Below, piece by piece: positions 62,979 through 64,000 of a stretch of 64,000 bases of DNA. Numbering within the stretch: the stretch's first letter is position 1; every line of letters starts with the position of its first letter. The position numbers were made by a program, and so were the translations under genes. The stretch is from an uncultured Candidatus Saccharibacteria bacterium (GTDB taxonomy: Bacteria; Patescibacteriota; Minisyncoccia; Phycocordibacterales; UBA2100): assembly GCA_964512835.1 (NCBI GenBank), contig CAZELA010000002.1, forward strand, positions 28,603 through 92,602. The letters run 5' to 3'. The notes under the pieces are model-generated. The model was not told where the DNA came from and made no database searches. It was given only the letters and a program-made list of their open reading frames with translations.

Positions 62979-64000
62979 TATGGCAACCGACTACGCTGCG
63001 CAACTGAAAAAGTACATCAACGTCGTGATCCACGAAGGTGCATCCGACCTCCATTTCTCCACAGGTGCGCATCCGACTGTTCGTGTTGCGGGTTCGCTTG
63101 CACCGATGCTCAAAGAGGAAGTCCTGACAGCGGAAGACACGCGCGGGTTCGCCCATGTGCTGCTTTCTCCCGAACAGGAGAAACGGTTTCTCGTGTCGCA
63201 GGAAATGGACTTTGCATACGAAGCGGAAGACGGGATCCGTTTTCGCGGTAACTGCTTCGTGCAACGCGGGTCAATTTCGATCGCACTCCGTCTCATCCCA
63301 AAACAGATCCGGCCGCTCTCTGAGCTGAACGTGCCAGATATCATCGCATCGTTTGCGAGGCGTTCGCAGGGATTTTTCCTTGTGGTCGGTCCGGTGGGGC
63401 AGGGTAAGACCACCACGCTTGCGGCACTCATCGAGCTCATCAACACGGAGCGCATGGAACACATCGTTACGATCGAGGATCCGATCGAGTACATCTTTGA
63501 GCCCAAGCAGTCACTCATCGATCAGCGCGAGGTGCATATCGATACAAAAGACTTTACGACGGCGCTCACATCGGCATTCCGTCAGGACATCGACGTGCTG
63601 CTCGTCGGAGAAATGCGCGATGCAGATACTATGGCTGCTGCGGTCACTGCGGCAGAAACCGGCCACCTCGTGTTCTCGACGCTGCACACCAACAACGCGG
63701 CGCAGACGATCGACCGAATCATCGATATTTTTCCGCCAGGCCAGCAGGATCAGATCCGATTGCAGTTGGCGGCATCGCTTGCCGGCATTTTCTCGCAGCG
63801 CCTCGTGCCGCGAGTTTCCGGCGGGCTCATCCCTGCGTGCGAACTCCTCATAAATACAAAGGCTGTCTCCAATCTTATCCGCGAGAAGCGCACACACGAG
63901 ATCAATACCGTCATCGAGACGTCGTCGACCGAAGGCATGATCGACATGAACCGGTCGCTCGCAGAGCTCGTTGCCCGCGGCGAGATCACGACAGAGACGG
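62979..64000 (+). CDS. pilT: Twitching motility ATPase PilT (3' partial, runs off the window)
   Basis: VVGPVGQGKTTTLAALI Walker A, IEDPIEY, LVGEMRD. The frame is open to the window end. Confidence 0.85.

Noticed and set aside
1-64000. Insertion sequences, transposases, integrases
   Set aside because: No ORF with DDE transposase, serine or tyrosine recombinase signatures was found. The HNH endonuclease at 26485 is stand-alone with no intron or intein context.

Overview
This 64-kb window looks like a contiguous chromosomal segment from a small-genome, high-GC (about 60%) bacterium. The best fit is a CPR/Patescibacteria lineage, possibly Saccharibacteria-like, at moderate confidence. The main evidence is a truncated spc ribosomal cluster (rpsN-rpsH-rplF-rplR-rpsE-rplO-secY) in which rplO follows rpsE directly, with no rpmD (L30). 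Other supporting features are a short zinc-ribbon S14, tRNA genes without encoded CCA, densely packed and overlapping genes, several peptidoglycan-binding surface proteins, and a type IV pilus/competence locus (comFC, pilM-N-O, pilB, a CheY-like regulator, pilT). Core housekeeping genes include two tandem guanylate-kinase paralogs followed by adk and map, then purD, ndk, the infC-rpmI-rplT operon, tmRNA (ssrA) next to smpB, ftsH, recG, a malic enzyme, a dihydroorotase-like amidohydrolase, tRNA-Ile(UAU) and tRNA-Ser(GCU). The accessory content is unexpected for this kind of genome. There is a membrane-anchored copper nitrite reductase (NirK) and a cupredoxin fused to a peptidoglycan-binding domain. 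There is a full cytochrome bo3-type quinol oxidase operon (cyoABCDE) followed by mntR-mntH. That operon lies downstream of a tRNA-Ser whose flank is littered with partial copies of the tRNA 3' end, which look like integration scars. A LexA-controlled cassette (lexA, a DEDD exonuclease, dinB) diverges from a secreted thermonuclease + M15 peptidase operon, and the two share a Cheo-type LexA box. The window also contains a 1453-aa PKD-repeat surface protein with several peptidoglycan-binding domains, and a 935-aa type-IV-coupling-protein-like ATPase with a novel N-terminal half. No CRISPR array, rRNA gene or recognisable transposase/integrase was found. All calls rest on reading the supplied ORF translations and the DNA by eye; no searches were run.
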